NCBI GenBank assembly: GCA_963772835.1
Contig: CAVYYZ010000002.1
Span: 160,001-224,000 of the forward strand
DNA length: 64,000 bases
Source: an uncultured delta proteobacterium
Lineage (GTDB): Bacteria; Desulfobacterota; Desulfuromonadia; Geobacterales; Pseudopelobacteraceae
Direction of reading: 5' to 3'
Below, piece after piece: positions 1 through 12,371 of the stretch. Every line of letters begins with the position of its first letter. Within the stretch, counting starts at the first letter, position 1. Both the position numbers and the translations under genes were made by a program. Under the pieces are notes generated by a model. It saw only the letters and a program-made list of their open reading frames with translations. It had not been told where the DNA came from and did no database searches.

Positions 1-4
1 CGAA

Positions 5-829
5 TTATTTACTGCGTTTTTTCACTATGAAGCGATCAGAAGTCTTGTTGGTACGGGTTTTGTAGCCCTTAGTCGGGATACCCCATGGTGTAACGGGATG
101 CCGTCCACCCGACGTGCGGCCTTCTCCACCACCATGTGGATGGTCAACAGGGTTCATGGCAACACCACGTACTTTAGGACGCCTGCCGAGCCAGCGAGAC
201 CGACCGGCTTTACCGATATTTACATTTTCATGATCCGTATTGCCGACTTGTCCGATCGTGGCATAACAATCCTGAAGAACTAAACGGACTTCACCGGACG
301 GAAGTTTAACTTGAGAGTATTTGCCCTCTTTGGACATGAGCTGCGCAAAAGTACCGGCACTTCTGGCTAATTGAGCCCCTTTACCGATTTTCAATTCAAT
401 GTTGTGTATAACCGTACCAAGAGGAATTGAACGCAACGGTAATGAGTTACCCGGTTTGATGTCGGCCTCTGGTCCACTGATCACAACATCACCTACTTTT
501 AAATCAAGAGGAGCAAGAATATAACGTTTTTCACCATCTACATAGTTCAGGAGTGCAATACGGGCACTACGATTCGGATCGTACTCAATACTTGCCACAG
601 TAGCCGGTATGCTGCGCTTGTCACGACGGAAATCAATTATACGATATTTCTGTTTGTGACCGCCGCCCTGATGACGAGAAGTTATACGACCATTTGAATT
701 CCTGCCGCCGCTCTTTTTAAGAGAAACGAGCAGAGATTTTTCAGGAGTAGTTTTAGTAATTTCAGCAAACGTAGAACATGTTTGATGTCTGCGCCCAGCT
801 GAAGTTGGATTATAGCTTTTGATTGCCAT
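5..829 (-). CDS. rplB: 50S ribosomal protein L2
   Basis: [14 protein letters not shown]..., [17 protein letters not shown] motif; start trimmed to ATG at 829. Confidence 0.98.
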   Translation of the reverse strand: MAIKSYNPTSAGRRHQTCSTFAEITKTTPEKSLLVSLKKSGGRNSNGRITSRHQGGGHKQKYRIIDFRRDKRSIPATVASIEYDPNRSARIALLNYVDGEKRYILAPLDLKVGDVVISGPEADIKPGNSLPLRSIPLGTVIHNIELKIGKGAQLARSAGTFAQLMSKEGKYSQVKLPSGEVRLVLQDCYATIGQVGNTDHENVNIGKAGRSRWLGRRPKVRGVAMNPVDHPHGGGEGRTSGGRHPVTPWGIPTKGYKTRTNKTSDRFIVKKRSK

Positions 830-850
830 TGTGAACCCCAAACGTATTAG

Positions 851-1135
851 TTAGACTTCAAAGAAATCTATTGATTGCCCTTCCTGGAGTGTAACATAAG
901 CCTTTTTCCAGTTGGAACGTTTGCCAAAAGTTTTGCCAGATCGTTTTACCTTACCAGCCACAGTAACCGTGCGAACATCTGAGACTTTAACTTTGAACAG
1001 ATTCTCTACTGCCTGTTTGATCTCAATCTTGTTTGCAGCTTTATCGACTACAATAGCAACCGTATTGGTTGTGTCGGAACCCAAAGAAGTCTTTTCTGTA
1101 ACGTGTGGTTTTTTAATTACGGAGTAAATATTCAT
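851..1135 (-). CDS. rplW: 50S ribosomal protein L23
   Basis: [28 protein letters not shown]10 operon order. Confidence 0.97.
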   Translation of the reverse strand: MNIYSVIKKPHVTEKTSLGSDTTNTVAIVVDKAANKIEIKQAVENLFKVKVSDVRTVTVAGKVKRSGKTFGKRSNWKKAYVTLQEGQSIDFFEV

Positions 1136-1755
1136 TTTTGCAATACTCCTTCGGCTGAAAGTACAGAGTCCTGAGTGAAGATTATGTGCTTGTATTTAAG
1201 CATGTCATGAATATTCAGTGCATCGTGCTTTATCATTTTTATATGAGGCACATTCCGAGCTGACAAAAACAGATTATTATTAAAATCATCAGTGACAATC
1301 AATGATTTTTTCAAATCAAAAGTGTTCAGGAAGCCAACAAAAGCTTGTGTTGAAATCTTTTCAAACTCGATTTTGTCAAGAACAGTAATATTTTTTGTCT
1401 GCAGCTTGTACGTAAGAACTGAGCAGAGTGCAGCAGCTCTGGCTTTCTTATTCATACTGAGGTTATAGATTTTGGGTTGTGGCCCAAAAGCCACGCCCCC
1501 GCCAGGATACTGGGGAGCACGACTACAACCCTGTCGGGCGTTACCTGTACCCTTCTGTTTGAATGGCTTCTTACCGCCACCACGCACTGCAGAACGGTTC
1601 TTCACGGCAACGGTGCCAGCCCGACGATTCGCGAGTTGAATACGAAGTGCCTGGTGTATAAGACTCTCTCTTACTTCAACATCAAACACATCGTCGGATA
1701 GCTGTATTTCACCGACTTGTAGTTTGTTCATATTAAATACTGCTATTGAAGGCAT
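1132..1755 (-). CDS. rplD: 50S ribosomal protein L4
   Basis: [29 protein letters not shown]; start trimmed to ATG at 1755. Confidence 0.97.
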   Translation of the reverse strand: MPSIAVFNMNKLQVGEIQLSDDVFDVEVRESLIHQALRIQLANRRAGTVAVKNRSAVRGGGKKPFKQKGTGNARQGCSRAPQYPGGGVAFGPQPKIYNLSMNKKARAAALCSVLTYKLQTKNITVLDKIEFEKISTQAFVGFLNTFDLKKSLIVTDDFNNNLFLSARNVPHIKMIKHDALNIHDMLKYKHIIFTQDSVLSAEGVLQK

Positions 1756-1773
1756 ACACAAACTCCCGAAATA

Positions 1774-2403
1774 CTAAGCTTTAACACTTTTTTTAATCAT
1801 TACTATTGAATTCGTATGACCAGGGACCGCTCCTTTAATCAAAAGGAGATTATCGGCAACATCGACTCGTACAATTTTAAGCCGCTGTATGGTTACTTTT
1901 GCATTCCCCATCTGGCCTGGCATCTTTTTATTCTTAAAAACATGAGAAGGTGTTGCAGATGCGCCGATTGAACCTGGAGCTCTATGAAAACGAGACCCAT
2001 GGGAAGCGCGTCCACCCTTAAAGTTCCAACGCTTTATTACGCCTTGGAAACCTTTACCAATACTTGTGCCGGTAACATCAATAAGATCATCAGCTGAAAA
2101 CTGATCAACAGTGATTTCATCGCCTACATTCATTGCGTCGGCCTGGTCGTTTTTGAATTCACGCAGATGCCTGAATACTCCATGACCAGATTTAGTACAA
2201 TGTCCGAGGTATGGTTTATTAACGTTGGCTGCTGCAACAGATTCAAAACCTACCTGTACAGCCGAATATCCGTCGCAGACTGTAGTTTTTTTCTGAACGA
2301 CATAGCAAGGACCGGCCTGAATTACAGTTACGGGTACTCTTGTTCCGTCTTCAAGAAATATTTGGGTCATGCCCAGTTTTTTTCCGATGATACCTTTCAT
2401 CAT
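1774..2403 (-). CDS. rplC: 50S ribosomal protein L3
   Basis: [29 protein letters not shown]; start 2403 or 2400. Confidence 0.97.
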   Translation of the reverse strand: MMKGIIGKKLGMTQIFLEDGTRVPVTVIQAGPCYVVQKKTTVCDGYSAVQVGFESVAAANVNKPYLGHCTKSGHGVFRHLREFKNDQADAMNVGDEITVDQFSADDLIDVTGTSIGKGFQGVIKRWNFKGGRASHGSRFHRAPGSIGASATPSHVFKNKKMPGQMGNAKVTIQRLKIVRVDVADNLLLIKGAVPGHTNSIVMIKKSVKA

Positions 2404-2431
2404 ATTCAATCCTATTCAGTCGTAGTAGCAG

Positions 2432-2740
2432 TTACAGTTTTATTTCAACATCAACGCCGGCGGATAGATCCAGCTTCATGAGGGCATCAACCGTCTGCTG
2501 TGTAGGGTCAAGTATATCAATTAAACGCTTATGTGTTCTGATTTCGAATTGGTCACGTGATTTTTTATCAACATGCGGTCCGCGCAGAACACAGTACTTA
2601 TTAATTACGGTCGGCAGTGGAATTGGCCCGGCAACACGCGCACCAGTTCTTTTTGCTGTATCGACAATTTCACCTACTGAAACATCAAGAAGCTTGTGAT
2701 CATATGCCTTAAGGCGAATTCTTATCTTCTGGCTCTGCAT
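2432..2740 (-). CDS. rpsJ: 30S ribosomal protein S10
   Basis: [28 protein letters not shown]. Confidence 0.98.
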   Translation of the reverse strand: MQSQKIRIRLKAYDHKLLDVSVGEIVDTAKRTGARVAGPIPLPTVINKYCVLRGPHVDKKSRDQFEIRTHKRLIDILDPTQQTVDALMKLDLSAGVDVEIKL

Positions 2741-2763
2741 TAATAACCTCGTACGAATAAAAT

Positions 2764-3954
<1,191 letters not shown>

Positions 3955-3988
3955 GAGAAAACCCTCCTGAGTTACGGATTAGTGTTGA

Positions 3989-6070
3989 TTAACCCTTTAC
4001 TTTTGCAACTATCTCTTCAGCAACCGATTTCGGTACTGGCTCATAATGATCAAATGTCATTGCGTAGGTGGCACGACCCTGCGTTGCTGAACGAAGATCC
4101 GTTGAATATCCAAACATTTGTGCAAGAGGCACCATGGCGCTGATAACCTGAGCACCGGCGCGTGAATCCATGCCCATTATACGCCCACGTTTAGAGTTAA
4201 GATCGCCTATTACGTCACCCATGTAATCTTCGGGCACCACAACTTCAACTGACATTATAGGCTCAAGAATAATAGGGCCGGCTTTTGAACAACCCTCTTT
4301 GAAGCCCATTGAACCGGCGATTTTAAACGCCATTTCGGAGGAGTCGACTTCGTGGTAGGAACCATCAATCAACGTAACTTTTACATCAACTACCGGGAAT
4401 CCTGCCAGTACGCCATTATCGAGTGCTTCCTTAATACCTTTATCAACAGCAGGAATGAATTCACGGGGTACAGTGCCACCCTTGATTGCGTCAACGAATT
4501 CATACCCTTTGCCCGCTTCAGGTTGTGGTTCGACTTCAAGCCAAACATGACCGTATTGGCCACGTCCACCTGATTGGCGAACAAATTTACCCTCGACTTT
4601 AACTTTTTTAGTAATGGTTTCACGGTACGCAACCTGCGGTTTGCCAACATTGGCTTCAACCTTAAATTCACGCATCAACCTGTCTACTATGATTTCAAGA
4701 TGTAACTCACCCATACCTGAAATAATTGTCTGGCCGGTTTCCTCATCAGTTTTAACACGGAAAGATGGGTCTTCACTGGCAAGTTTCTGCAAACCAAAAC
4801 CGAGCTTTTCCTGTTCCGCCTTTGTTTTAGGCTCAATGGCGATAGAGATAACCGGCTCAGGGAATTCAATAGACTCCAATATGACAGCCTTATCTTCATC
4901 ACACAGAGTATCACCGGTCGTTGTGTACTTAAGACCAACTGCAGCCGCGATATCACCAGCGTACACTTCTTTTACTTCTTCACGCTTATTCGCGTGCATC
5001 TTAAGAATACGGCCGATACGCTCGCGCTTGCCTTTTGTGGAATTGTAGATATATGACCCGGCCTGAACAACACCGGAATATACTCGGAAGAACGTCAACT
5101 GGCCCACGAACGGGTCTGTCATAATTTTAAAACCAAGTGCAGAAAACGGCTCTGCGTCAGAAGCCATACGCTCAATTTCGAGACCTTTATCTGTATCAAT
5201 CCCTTTAACAGGAGGAATATCCATTGGAGAAGGCATGTAATCAACTACGGCATCGAGGAGATTCTGTACGCCTTTGTTTTTAAAAGAAGAACCACATATA
5301 ACCGGGCAGAACTTGATCCCGATAGTACACGAACGAATTGCAGCCTTTACTTCATCCTCACTCAACGCTTCACCGGAGAGATACTTCTCCATAAGAGCAT
5401 CATCATGACTGGATATTTCTTCAATCATCTTCTCGCGATACTCAACAGCCTCATCAAGGAGGTCTGCGGGAATTTCCTCAGTACGGTAGGTAGCACCCAG
5501 CGTCTCGTCATCCCACAGAATAGCCTTCATAGTAACAAGGTCAATAATCCCCTTGAAATTTTCTTCTTTACCAATAGGCAACTGGATGGGAAGAGGATTC
5601 GCCTTGAGGCGGTCTTTTATCATTTGTACGCCACGGAAAAAATCCGCACCGACACGGTCCATCTTATTTATAAAAGCAATCCGTGGTACGCCATACTTAT
5701 CAGCCTGGCGCCAAACCGTTTCCGACTGAGGCTCAACACCGCCAACAGAGCAGAAAACCGCAACCGCACCGTCAAGCACACGCAAAGAGCGCTCAACTTC
5801 AATAGTAAAATCAACGTGGCCAGGTGTATCAATAATATTAATACGATGATCATTCCAGGTACAGGTAGTCGCAGCCGACGTGATGGTGATGCCACGCTCC
5901 TGCTCCTGCTCCATCCAGTCCATCGTAGCAGTGCCTTCGTGGACTTCACCGATCTTATGGGATACGCCTGTGTAATAAAGTATACGTTCGGTCGTAGTCG
6001 TTTTTCCAGCATCAATATGAGCCATGATGCCAATATTTCTATATTTATCAAGTGGTGCTAAGCGGGGCAC
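3989..6070 (-). CDS. fusA: elongation factor G
   Basis: [28 protein letters not shown] start at 6070 after GGAGG. Confidence 0.98.
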   Translation of the reverse strand: MPRLAPLDKYRNIGIMAHIDAGKTTTTERILYYTGVSHKIGEVHEGTATMDWMEQEQERGITITSAATTCTWNDHRINIIDTPGHVDFTIEVERSLRVLDGAVAVFCSVGGVEPQSETVWRQADKYGVPRIAFINKMDRVGADFFRGVQMIKDRLKANPLPIQLPIGKEENFKGIIDLVTMKAILWDDETLGATYRTEEIPADLLDEAVEYREKMIEEISSHDDALMEKYLSGEALSEDEVKAAIRSCTIGIKFCPVICGSSFKNKGVQNLLDAVVDYMPSPMDIPPVKGIDTDKGLEIERMASDAEPFSALGFKIMTDPFVGQLTFFRVYSGVVQAGSYIYNSTKGKRERIGRILKMHANKREEVKEVYAGDIAAAVGLKYTTTGDTLCDEDKAVILESIEFPEPVISIAIEPKTKAEQEKLGFGLQKLASEDPSFRVKTDEETGQTIISGMGELHLEIIVDRLMREFKVEANVGKPQVAYRETITKKVKVEGKFVRQSGGRGQYGHVWLEVEPQPEAGKGYEFVDAIKGGTVPREFIPAVDKGIKEALDNGVLAGFPVVDVKVTLIDGSYHEVDSSEMAFKIAGSMGFKEGCSKAGPIILEPIMSVEVVVPEDYMGDVIGDLNSKRGRIMGMDSRAGAQVISAMVPLAQMFGYSTDLRSATQGRATYAMTFDHYEPVPKSVAEEIVAKVKG

Positions 6071-6097
6071 TGAATCCTCCAAAAAAGACTAATACTG

Positions 6098-6568
6098 CTA
6101 CCAGCGATAGTGGGCAAAGGCACGATTTGCTTCGGCCATTTTGTGGACATCTTCACGTTTCTTAACTGCTGAACCACGATTGTTAAAAGCGTCCAGAATC
6201 TCACCGGCTAACTTATCCTTCATCGTTTTCTCGCTGCGAGCAGTTGAATACTTTATCAACCAGCGCATTGCCAACGACATACGACGCTCTGGCCGGACTT
6301 CAATCGGCACCTGATAGGTTGAACCGCCAACGCGGCGTGATTTTACCTCAAGAGTCGGCTTGATGTTGTCGAGGCTCTTTTTAAGCACCTTTACCGCTTC
6401 ATCATTTGCCCTCTGCGCAACAAGTTCAAGTGCGCCATACATGATCGACTCGGCAACACTTTTCTTACCTGCCAACATAAGCGTGTTGATGAGTTTCGCA
6501 ACAACCTTGTCGTTAAACTTTGGATCCGGCAGAATAATTCTTTTGGGTACTTCTCTTCTTCTTGGCAT
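6098..6568 (-). CDS. rpsG: 30S ribosomal protein S7
   Basis: [28 protein letters not shown]. Confidence 0.99.
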   Translation of the reverse strand: MPRRREVPKRIILPDPKFNDKVVAKLINTLMLAGKKSVAESIMYGALELVAQRANDEAVKVLKKSLDNIKPTLEVKSRRVGGSTYQVPIEVRPERRMSLAMRWLIKYSTARSEKTMKDKLAGEILDAFNNRGSAVKKREDVHKMAEANRAFAHYRW

Positions 6569-6599
6569 ATATTATCCCCTCAACTAAACAGGTTCAGTA

Positions 6600-6971
6600 T
6601 TATTTCGGACGCTTGGCGCCATACTTGGAACGACTCTGCAAACGGCCTTTCACACCGACCGAGTCAAGCGTACCACGAACGATGTGATAACGGACACCCG
6701 GAAGGTCTTTAACTCTCCCGCCGCGAATCAGAACGACGGAGTGTTCCTGAAGATTATGGCCAACACCCGGAATATATGATGTTACCTCAAGTCCGTTTGT
6801 CAAGCGAACCCTGGCGACTTTACGGAGAGCAGAGTTAGGTTTTTTTGGTGTCGTTGTATAAACCCTTGTGCACACACCGCGTTTCTGCGGGCAGCTCTTC
6901 AGAGCCGGGGCCGTTGACTTGTCTTTCTTGCTTTCTCTACCTGACCTGATCAGCTGGTTAATTGTTGGCAT
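6600..6971 (-). CDS. rpsL: 30S ribosomal protein S12
   Basis: [31 protein letters not shown]; true start ATG 6971. Confidence 0.98.
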   Translation of the reverse strand: MPTINQLIRSGRESKKDKSTAPALKSCPQKRGVCTRVYTTTPKKPNSALRKVARVRLTNGLEVTSYIPGVGHNLQEHSVVLIRGGRVKDLPGVRYHIVRGTLDSVGVKGRLQSRSKYGAKRPK

Positions 6972-7030
6972 AGTCGTCAAATTCTCCAGATACAAAAATA
7001 TCGAACTGCCCCAAAAAGGAGCGAACTCGC

Positions 7031-7060
7031 AAACTAACAAAAGACGAGAATCTTTGTCAA
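7031..7060 (-). promoter_or_regulatory. sigma70-type promoter of the str/S10 operon
   Basis: minus strand TTGACA-N18-TAGTTT with TG upstream of -10 and A-rich upstream tract. Confidence 0.6.
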
Positions 7061-7104
7061 TCTTTTTTATTTGGTTGTGGTATTTTTTTTGTGAGCCGTT
7101 CAGA

Positions 7105-7272
7105 CTCAAAGGGCGCTACTACTAAATTACTCTTGTTATACGCATGATGATTCTGAATCAATCCTGGTCGCTCTGACATTTTCTGCGGATGGGAATGGAA
7201 TAATTGTAGGGTCGGAATTAAACCGACATCTCCATTCAGGTCAGTAGCGATTGTTGCGCCTCTATCTATGAG
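7105..7272 (-). ncRNA. candidate structured RNA (five nested stems), family not recognised
   Basis: nested complementary arms 7105-7111/7266-7272, 7112-7119/7253-7260, 7168-7177/7240-7250, 7193-7199/7231-7237, 7211-7215/7223-7227; starts just after a consensus promoter. Confidence 0.3.
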
Positions 7273-7280
7273 GAATTGCA

Positions 7281-7310
7281 CTTATACTCTTATTGCTAAT
7301 CCAGTGTCAA
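7281..7310 (-). promoter_or_regulatory. second upstream sigma70-type promoter
   Basis: minus strand TTGACA-N18-TATAAG. Confidence 0.55.
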
Positions 7311-7402
7311 CAAAAAACATCCATGACCTTCTTTTTTATCCTCTCATATACGCTGCAAACATAACACATCAATAGATACAGTGGCTTATTAACGTCATTG
7401 TG

Positions 7403-8290
7403 TTAACTGATTAACAACTTACTCCTCTTTCCGATTGTAAATTTGTTCTCCGGTAAAACGGAAAACATCATCGCTCCCAGTATACACACCGCACCGGCAT
7501 AGCCGTAGGCTCCGAGACGTTCATTCAGTATCAACCGTGCGTACAGAGCTGCAAAAACAGGTTCAGTACAAAATATTAGTGCCGTATTGGTATGACTGAT
7601 ATATCGCTGCATGGACGTCTGGACTAAAAAGGCAAAAACCGTCGCAATGAGGGCACAAACCAGAAGCGGGACGAGTAAATGCGGATACCATATCATTACC
7701 TCTTTACCCCGGACGAATGATATTGCATAACTGAAAAACGCAACTACACCCAACTGGACAACAGTAAGCCAATAGAAGTCACTGCGACGAACAAATTCAC
7801 CAGTGCAGACCAAATGCAAAGAAACACAAATTGCGCATAAAGCGGCCAACATATCGCCTTTATTTAAGTACCATTGCCCATTACCGCATAGCAGGAGAAG
7901 TCCCGTCACTGCAAGCATAACAGCCAGTTTGGCGCCAGTAGAAATGCGGTGTTTGAGAACAATCGCCGCAACTATTGGCACAATAACTACATTCAATCCC
8001 GTTAGAAAACCGGTGTTAGAGGCACTTGTAAAGAGTAGCGCCACTGTTTGAAATGCGTATGCACCAAAGAGAAATATCCCCATAATGCAGCCGCGGAGAA
8101 TGGTCGCGCCATCCAGTCTTCCGCCTTTAAACAAGCCGATAGGAAGTATACATGCAAATGCCAGGATAAACCGTTGAGTAAGAAAAACGAATACATCCAC
8201 GCTTTCAATGGACTGTTTGACGACAGTGAAAGTAACTCCCCAGAAAAAAGTTGTAACAAGAAGCAGCACAACTGCTTTGTAACGATTCAT
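7403..8290 (-). CDS. DMT/EamA family transporter
   Basis: ~10 hydrophobic helices, FWGVTF, TSASNTGFLTGL, EPVFAAL; start trimmed to ATG after GAGGA. Confidence 0.9.
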   Translation of the reverse strand: MNRYKAVVLLLVTTFFWGVTFTVVKQSIESVDVFVFLTQRFILAFACILPIGLFKGGRLDGATILRGCIMGIFLFGAYAFQTVALLFTSASNTGFLTGLNVVIVPIVAAIVLKHRISTGAKLAVMLAVTGLLLLCGNGQWYLNKGDMLAALCAICVSLHLVCTGEFVRRSDFYWLTVVQLGVVAFFSYAISFVRGKEVMIWYPHLLVPLLVCALIATVFAFLVQTSMQRYISHTNTALIFCTEPVFAALYARLILNERLGAYGYAGAVCILGAMMFSVLPENKFTIGKRSKLLIS

Positions 8291-8406
8291 AAGCATCCAG
8301 TCCTCAATAGCCGGTTTGGTCAAACCATAAGACACTGTCTTTGTACTCATTTCCTTTTTATCTGACAAGTTAAATGTCCTTTTGCAGAGCAATCAGCAAT
8401 ATTTTT

Positions 8407-8461
8407 TATTGACAATCACACGTAGGATTACATATAAAACCTCATTCTTGTCTTACCATTT
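8407..8461 (+). promoter_or_regulatory. sigma70 promoter plus GntR/FadR-type operator (copy 1)
   Basis: TTGACA-N18-TATAAA then TTGTCTTACCATT; 46 of 55 nt identical to 28644-28697. Confidence 0.65.
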
Positions 8462-8499
8462 AATTGTTCAATGCCATCAAAAAAAAGGAGAGTATTAAC

Positions 8500-9243
8500 A
8501 TGAAAAAACTTCGCTTTCTGTCCGTTGCCGCCCTGCTGGTAGCCTCGCTGGCCTCAACTGCCATGGCTGCCCCGAAGAGTATCATAGTGGCGACTGATGC
8601 AACCTGGCCACCAATGGAAATGGTTGATACAAACAAGCAGATCGTTGGATATGACATCGATTTTTTCAATGCCGTAGCCAAAGAGGCCGGCGTTTCCGTT
8701 GAATTCAAAAACACCGCATGGGACGGCATCTTTGCCGGACTCGACTCCGGGAAATACGACGCCATCATCTCATCAGTCACCATCACCGATGAGCGCAAGG
8801 CAAAATATGACTTTACTGAGGCCTATACCAGCATCGGCCAGATCCTGGTTGTGCCAAAAACTGACAAGACTTCCAAAACAATTGCAGACCTGAAAGGCAA
8901 AAAGGTTGGTTCCCAGATAGGTACCACCGCAACAATGGAGATTAAAAAAATTGCCGGCGTTGAATCAAAGACCTATGACGAAATCGGTCTTGCGTTTGAA
9001 GATATGGCCGCTGGCCGTATTTCCGGTGTCGTTTGCGATGAACCGGTTGCTGCCCACTTTGCCCTGCAGAAAAAGGAGTACAACAAAAAGTTCAAAATCG
9101 TTGGTAAACCCTTCACCAAAGAAGGTTACGGCATTGTTGTAAAGAAAGGTAACAAGGAGCTGGTCGACCTGCTTAACAAGGGCATAAAAGCTGTTAAAGC
9201 CAAAAAACTTGATGCCAAGATCCACACCAAGTGGGTTAAGTAA
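8500..9243 (+). CDS. polar amino acid ABC transporter substrate-binding protein
   Basis: signal peptide, DATWPPME, GYDID, ITDER; ATG 8500 after AGGAG. Confidence 0.93.
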   Translation: MKKLRFLSVAALLVASLASTAMAAPKSIIVATDATWPPMEMVDTNKQIVGYDIDFFNAVAKEAGVSVEFKNTAWDGIFAGLDSGKYDAIISSVTITDERKAKYDFTEAYTSIGQILVVPKTDKTSKTIADLKGKKVGSQIGTTATMEIKKIAGVESKTYDEIGLAFEDMAAGRISGVVCDEPVAAHFALQKKEYNKKFKIVGKPFTKEGYGIVVKKGNKELVDLLNKGIKAVKAKKLDAKIHTKWVK

Positions 9244-9250
9244 ATCAGCA

Positions 9251-9286
9251 TGCAGGGAGGGGCGGTATTGAAAGCCCTTCCCTGCA
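9251..9286 (+). terminator. intra-operon hairpin after the SBP gene
   Basis: TGCAGGGAGGGGC / GCCCTTCCCTGCA 13-bp stem, no U-tract. Confidence 0.5.
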
Positions 9287-9296
9287 CCTACTTAAT

Positions 9297-10085
9297 ATGA
9301 TTGATAATAAATCACCACATACACCGATAGACGTCGGTGACGGGGCCGCCATCCCTCACAAAAGCGACACCGGTCTTTTTACAGCCTGGCGCATCGCTTT
9401 TTTTGGTTCCATCGTGCTTTGCCTCTTTCTGGCTTTCGGTCGGCCGGATCAGTACATGGCGATCTTCATGTTCGTACCGGACGGTATCCTGATTACCTTT
9501 AAGGTTACGATTGGCGCTATTTTTCTGGCAATAGTATTCGGATTGATCGCCGGCCTGGGGCGAATATCAACCAATCGCTTCATCAACGGATCTGCATCGT
9601 TATATGTCGAAGTAATTCGAGGCATTCCGTTGCTGGTACAGCTCTTCTACATTTACTATGCCCTGGGTAGATTTGTAAAAATCCCCGATATGTTAAGTGC
9701 CATTATTGCCATGGCTTTCTGTTACGGCGCGTACATGGCCGAGATTTTCCGGGCCGGCATCCAATCCATACCAAAAGGGCAGATGGAGGCGGCTCTCTCT
9801 CTGGGGATGTCCCGCAGACAGGCCATGCGACAGGTCATTCTTCCCCAGGCGTTTAAAGTTGTGCTTCCGCCGATCGGAAACGAATTCATCGCCCTGCTGA
9901 AAGATTCATCCCTGGTTTCAATTCTTGCGGTTTCCGACCTGTTGCGCCGCGGCCGCGAATATGCCTCTGAAACCTTCAACTACTTTGAAACCTACACAGT
10001 CATTGCTCTGATTTACCTGATAATGACGCTCTTCTTTTCCAAACTGATAAGCATCATGGAGGAGCGACTCAATGAAGGCCGCTAG
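9297..10085 (+). CDS. polar amino acid ABC transporter permease
   Basis: [28 protein letters not shown]. Confidence 0.95.
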   Translation: MIDNKSPHTPIDVGDGAAIPHKSDTGLFTAWRIAFFGSIVLCLFLAFGRPDQYMAIFMFVPDGILITFKVTIGAIFLAIVFGLIAGLGRISTNRFINGSASLYVEVIRGIPLLVQLFYIYYALGRFVKIPDMLSAIIAMAFCYGAYMAEIFRAGIQSIPKGQMEAALSLGMSRRQAMRQVILPQAFKVVLPPIGNEFIALLKDSSLVSILAVSDLLRRGREYASETFNYFETYTVIALIYLIMTLFFSKLISIMEERLNEGR

Positions 10086-10815
10086 CCGTCCCATGATAGA
10101 AGTCAGCGGGGTTTCAAAATTTTTTGGTACATTCCAGGCCCTTAACGACATCTCCTTCACTGTCTGTGATGGTGAAAAGGTCGTCATCATAGGTCCCAGC
10201 GGTTCGGGCAAAAGCACCATCCTGCGCTCCATCAACGGCCTGGAGAGCATCGATCGCGGCCGAATAACCGTCGGCGGAATGGATGTCAGTCATCCGAAGG
10301 CAGATATCTGTAAGATTCGTGAGGAAGTCGGTATGGTATTTCAGTCCTTCAACCTCTTCCCCCACAGGACAGTACTTGAAAACCTGACTCTGGCCCAGAC
10401 CGTTGTTCGCAAGCGGAGCAAAAAAGAGGCTGAAGATATCGCTATGGAACTGCTGCACAAGGTAAATATTGCCGAAAAGGCGTCCGCCTACCCTGCCAAA
10501 CTTTCCGGCGGTCAGCAGCAGCGCGTTGCCATCGCCCGCTCTCTGGCAATGAACCCGAAAGCGATTCTCTTTGATGAACCGACCTCGGCACTGGATCCTG
10601 AAATGATAGGGGAAGTGCTCGACGTCATGAAGAATCTTGCCCGGGAAGGGATGACGATGGTTGTAGTCACGCACGAGATGGGCTTTGCCCGCGAGGTGGC
10701 AGACAGGGTGATCTTTATGGATCACGGTAGCATTGTTGAAGAAGGCACCCCCGAACACTTTTTTACCGATCCGACTCACGAACGGGCGAAATTGTTTTTA
10801 AGCCAGATACTCTAA
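10072..10815 (+). CDS. polar amino acid ABC transporter ATPase (GlnQ-like)
   Basis: [33 protein letters not shown]. Confidence 0.95.
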   Translation: MKAASRPMIEVSGVSKFFGTFQALNDISFTVCDGEKVVIIGPSGSGKSTILRSINGLESIDRGRITVGGMDVSHPKADICKIREEVGMVFQSFNLFPHRTVLENLTLAQTVVRKRSKKEAEDIAMELLHKVNIAEKASAYPAKLSGGQQQRVAIARSLAMNPKAILFDEPTSALDPEMIGEVLDVMKNLAREGMTMVVVTHEMGFAREVADRVIFMDHGSIVEEGTPEHFFTDPTHERAKLFLSQIL

Positions 10816-10872
10816 CTCTTGCACATGCAGGAGTATTTTACCACGCAGGACATCACTCACAGGAGGTAGTAC

Positions 10873-12267
10873 ATGAAAAGCAGTAAAGTAAAGGCAGCGC
10901 TTGTAACGTTGGGCCTCGCCGCAGCAGTGGCAACACCGGCAATGGCGTTGGAGAACCAGTTCAGCGGTTCATTTGCGGCGTATTATGACCTTTCAAACTA
11001 CAGTGCGACAGGCAATGATGGAGAACCTTCCAGCGTAAAGAAAAATGCGCAGGGATTGTCAAAGGATGCGACGACACAGAACTATTTTGTTCAACGCGCG
11101 CGTCTCGGTTACACCGCAAAAGTCAGCGAAGATGTTAAACTGGTTTCGAAGTTTGAACTTGACTATAAATTTTGGGGTAACAGCTCATATGCAACCGGTC
11201 GTAATAGCGGCGGTGCAATCGGCGCAGACAGTGTCAACCTTGAGACCAAGAATCTGTACGTTGATCTGAACGTTGCCAAGGGCCTTAACGCAAAAATCGG
11301 CATGCAGGGTTATAATGACTCTTTCAAAGGTGTCATGTTTGATGCCGACATGGCAGGTATCCTGCTTTCACATGAATATGACAAGGCAAGCGTAACTGCC
11401 GGTTACTTCCGTTTTTCAGACCGCAATACGACAACCATCGGTAAAAATACCAATGATATGTTCGCGCTGGACGGCAAGTACAATATTTCAAAAACTTCGA
11501 AAGTCGGGGCTGCGTACTACTATATCGGCGACAATCAAAGCAATGGGTCAACAACCACAACCTCAACAGTTGGTCCGATAACCGGATATACCGCTGATGG
11601 AGTTGCAATCTACGCCACCGCGCCCACAATAACTACGACACAACAACCCAATAATGCCACGAAGGTACATACTGTCGGCCTGAATGCGGAAACGGCAGTA
11701 GGGCCGGTAACCATTACCGGATTCGCTTTGGCACAGTTTGGAGATTTTGATGCCGCAAAGAAAGCCAAGGGGTATGCTGCAAACCTGGGCGCTAAAATGC
11801 CTCTGGGCGGCGGAACAGCACGCACTGAACTTCTCTATGTCGGTGGTGGGAAAAATGAACTCTACGTTGCCAACTACTATGGCTACACAGAGGGTGGTGG
11901 CTTCTACGATGCTGAGATGATCATGCTCAACCGCGACAAGAACGCCAAAACCATTGATTCCGCCATTGTTTACGATACAAACAACTACGGTCAGGGCCTT
12001 ATCTTTGGCTCAATCGGCTACGACTACCCCATTACAGCTAAACTCTCGGGCAGTGTAAATGCAGGATTTGCAGCTGTAGCCAAAAATGCAACCGCAAGCA
12101 GCAGTGACTACCTTGGCACTGAAGTTAATGTGGAAACCAATTACAAGCTCACTCCGGCAGTTACGCTTGGCGCACGTGCCGGCTACGTATTCCTGGGTGA
12201 TTATTTCAAAGGCAATTCGTTTGACAACCCTTACGATGTCAAGCTGATTGCAAGTCTTTCTTTCTAA
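10873..12267 (+). CDS. outer membrane porin-like beta-barrel
   Basis: signal peptide ending AMA, alternating strand pattern, C-terminal Phe; lies between amino acid ABC genes. Confidence 0.8.
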   Translation: MKSSKVKAALVTLGLAAAVATPAMALENQFSGSFAAYYDLSNYSATGNDGEPSSVKKNAQGLSKDATTQNYFVQRARLGYTAKVSEDVKLVSKFELDYKFWGNSSYATGRNSGGAIGADSVNLETKNLYVDLNVAKGLNAKIGMQGYNDSFKGVMFDADMAGILLSHEYDKASVTAGYFRFSDRNTTTIGKNTNDMFALDGKYNISKTSKVGAAYYYIGDNQSNGSTTTTSTVGPITGYTADGVAIYATAPTITTTQQPNNATKVHTVGLNAETAVGPVTITGFALAQFGDFDAAKKAKGYAANLGAKMPLGGGTARTELLYVGGGKNELYVANYYGYTEGGGFYDAEMIMLNRDKNAKTIDSAIVYDTNNYGQGLIFGSIGYDYPITAKLSGSVNAGFAAVAKNATASSSDYLGTEVNVETNYKLTPAVTLGARAGYVFLGDYFKGNSFDNPYDVKLIASLSF

Positions 12268-12278
12268 TATTTTCAAAA

Positions 12279-12304
12279 CCTCCGAGGTGTAAAATCCTCG
12301 GAGG
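12279..12304 (+). terminator. hairpin after porin gene
   Basis: CCTCCGAGG-N8-CCTCGGAGG perfect 9-bp stem. Confidence 0.45.
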
Positions 12305-12371
12305 ATCAATATCATTCAACAGTACTGCCTATTGAGTAAGCACCACACCCCACCAAGGAAGGAGACACACA

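Noticed and set aside
6600..6971. Streptomycin-resistance substitutions in S12
   Set aside because: PKKPNS and RVKDLP are wild type.
7105..7272. Lysine riboswitch or 6S RNA identity for the structured region
   Set aside because: Has AGAGGCGC but lacks the other L-box motifs; lacks recognisable 6S motifs and its usual gene context.
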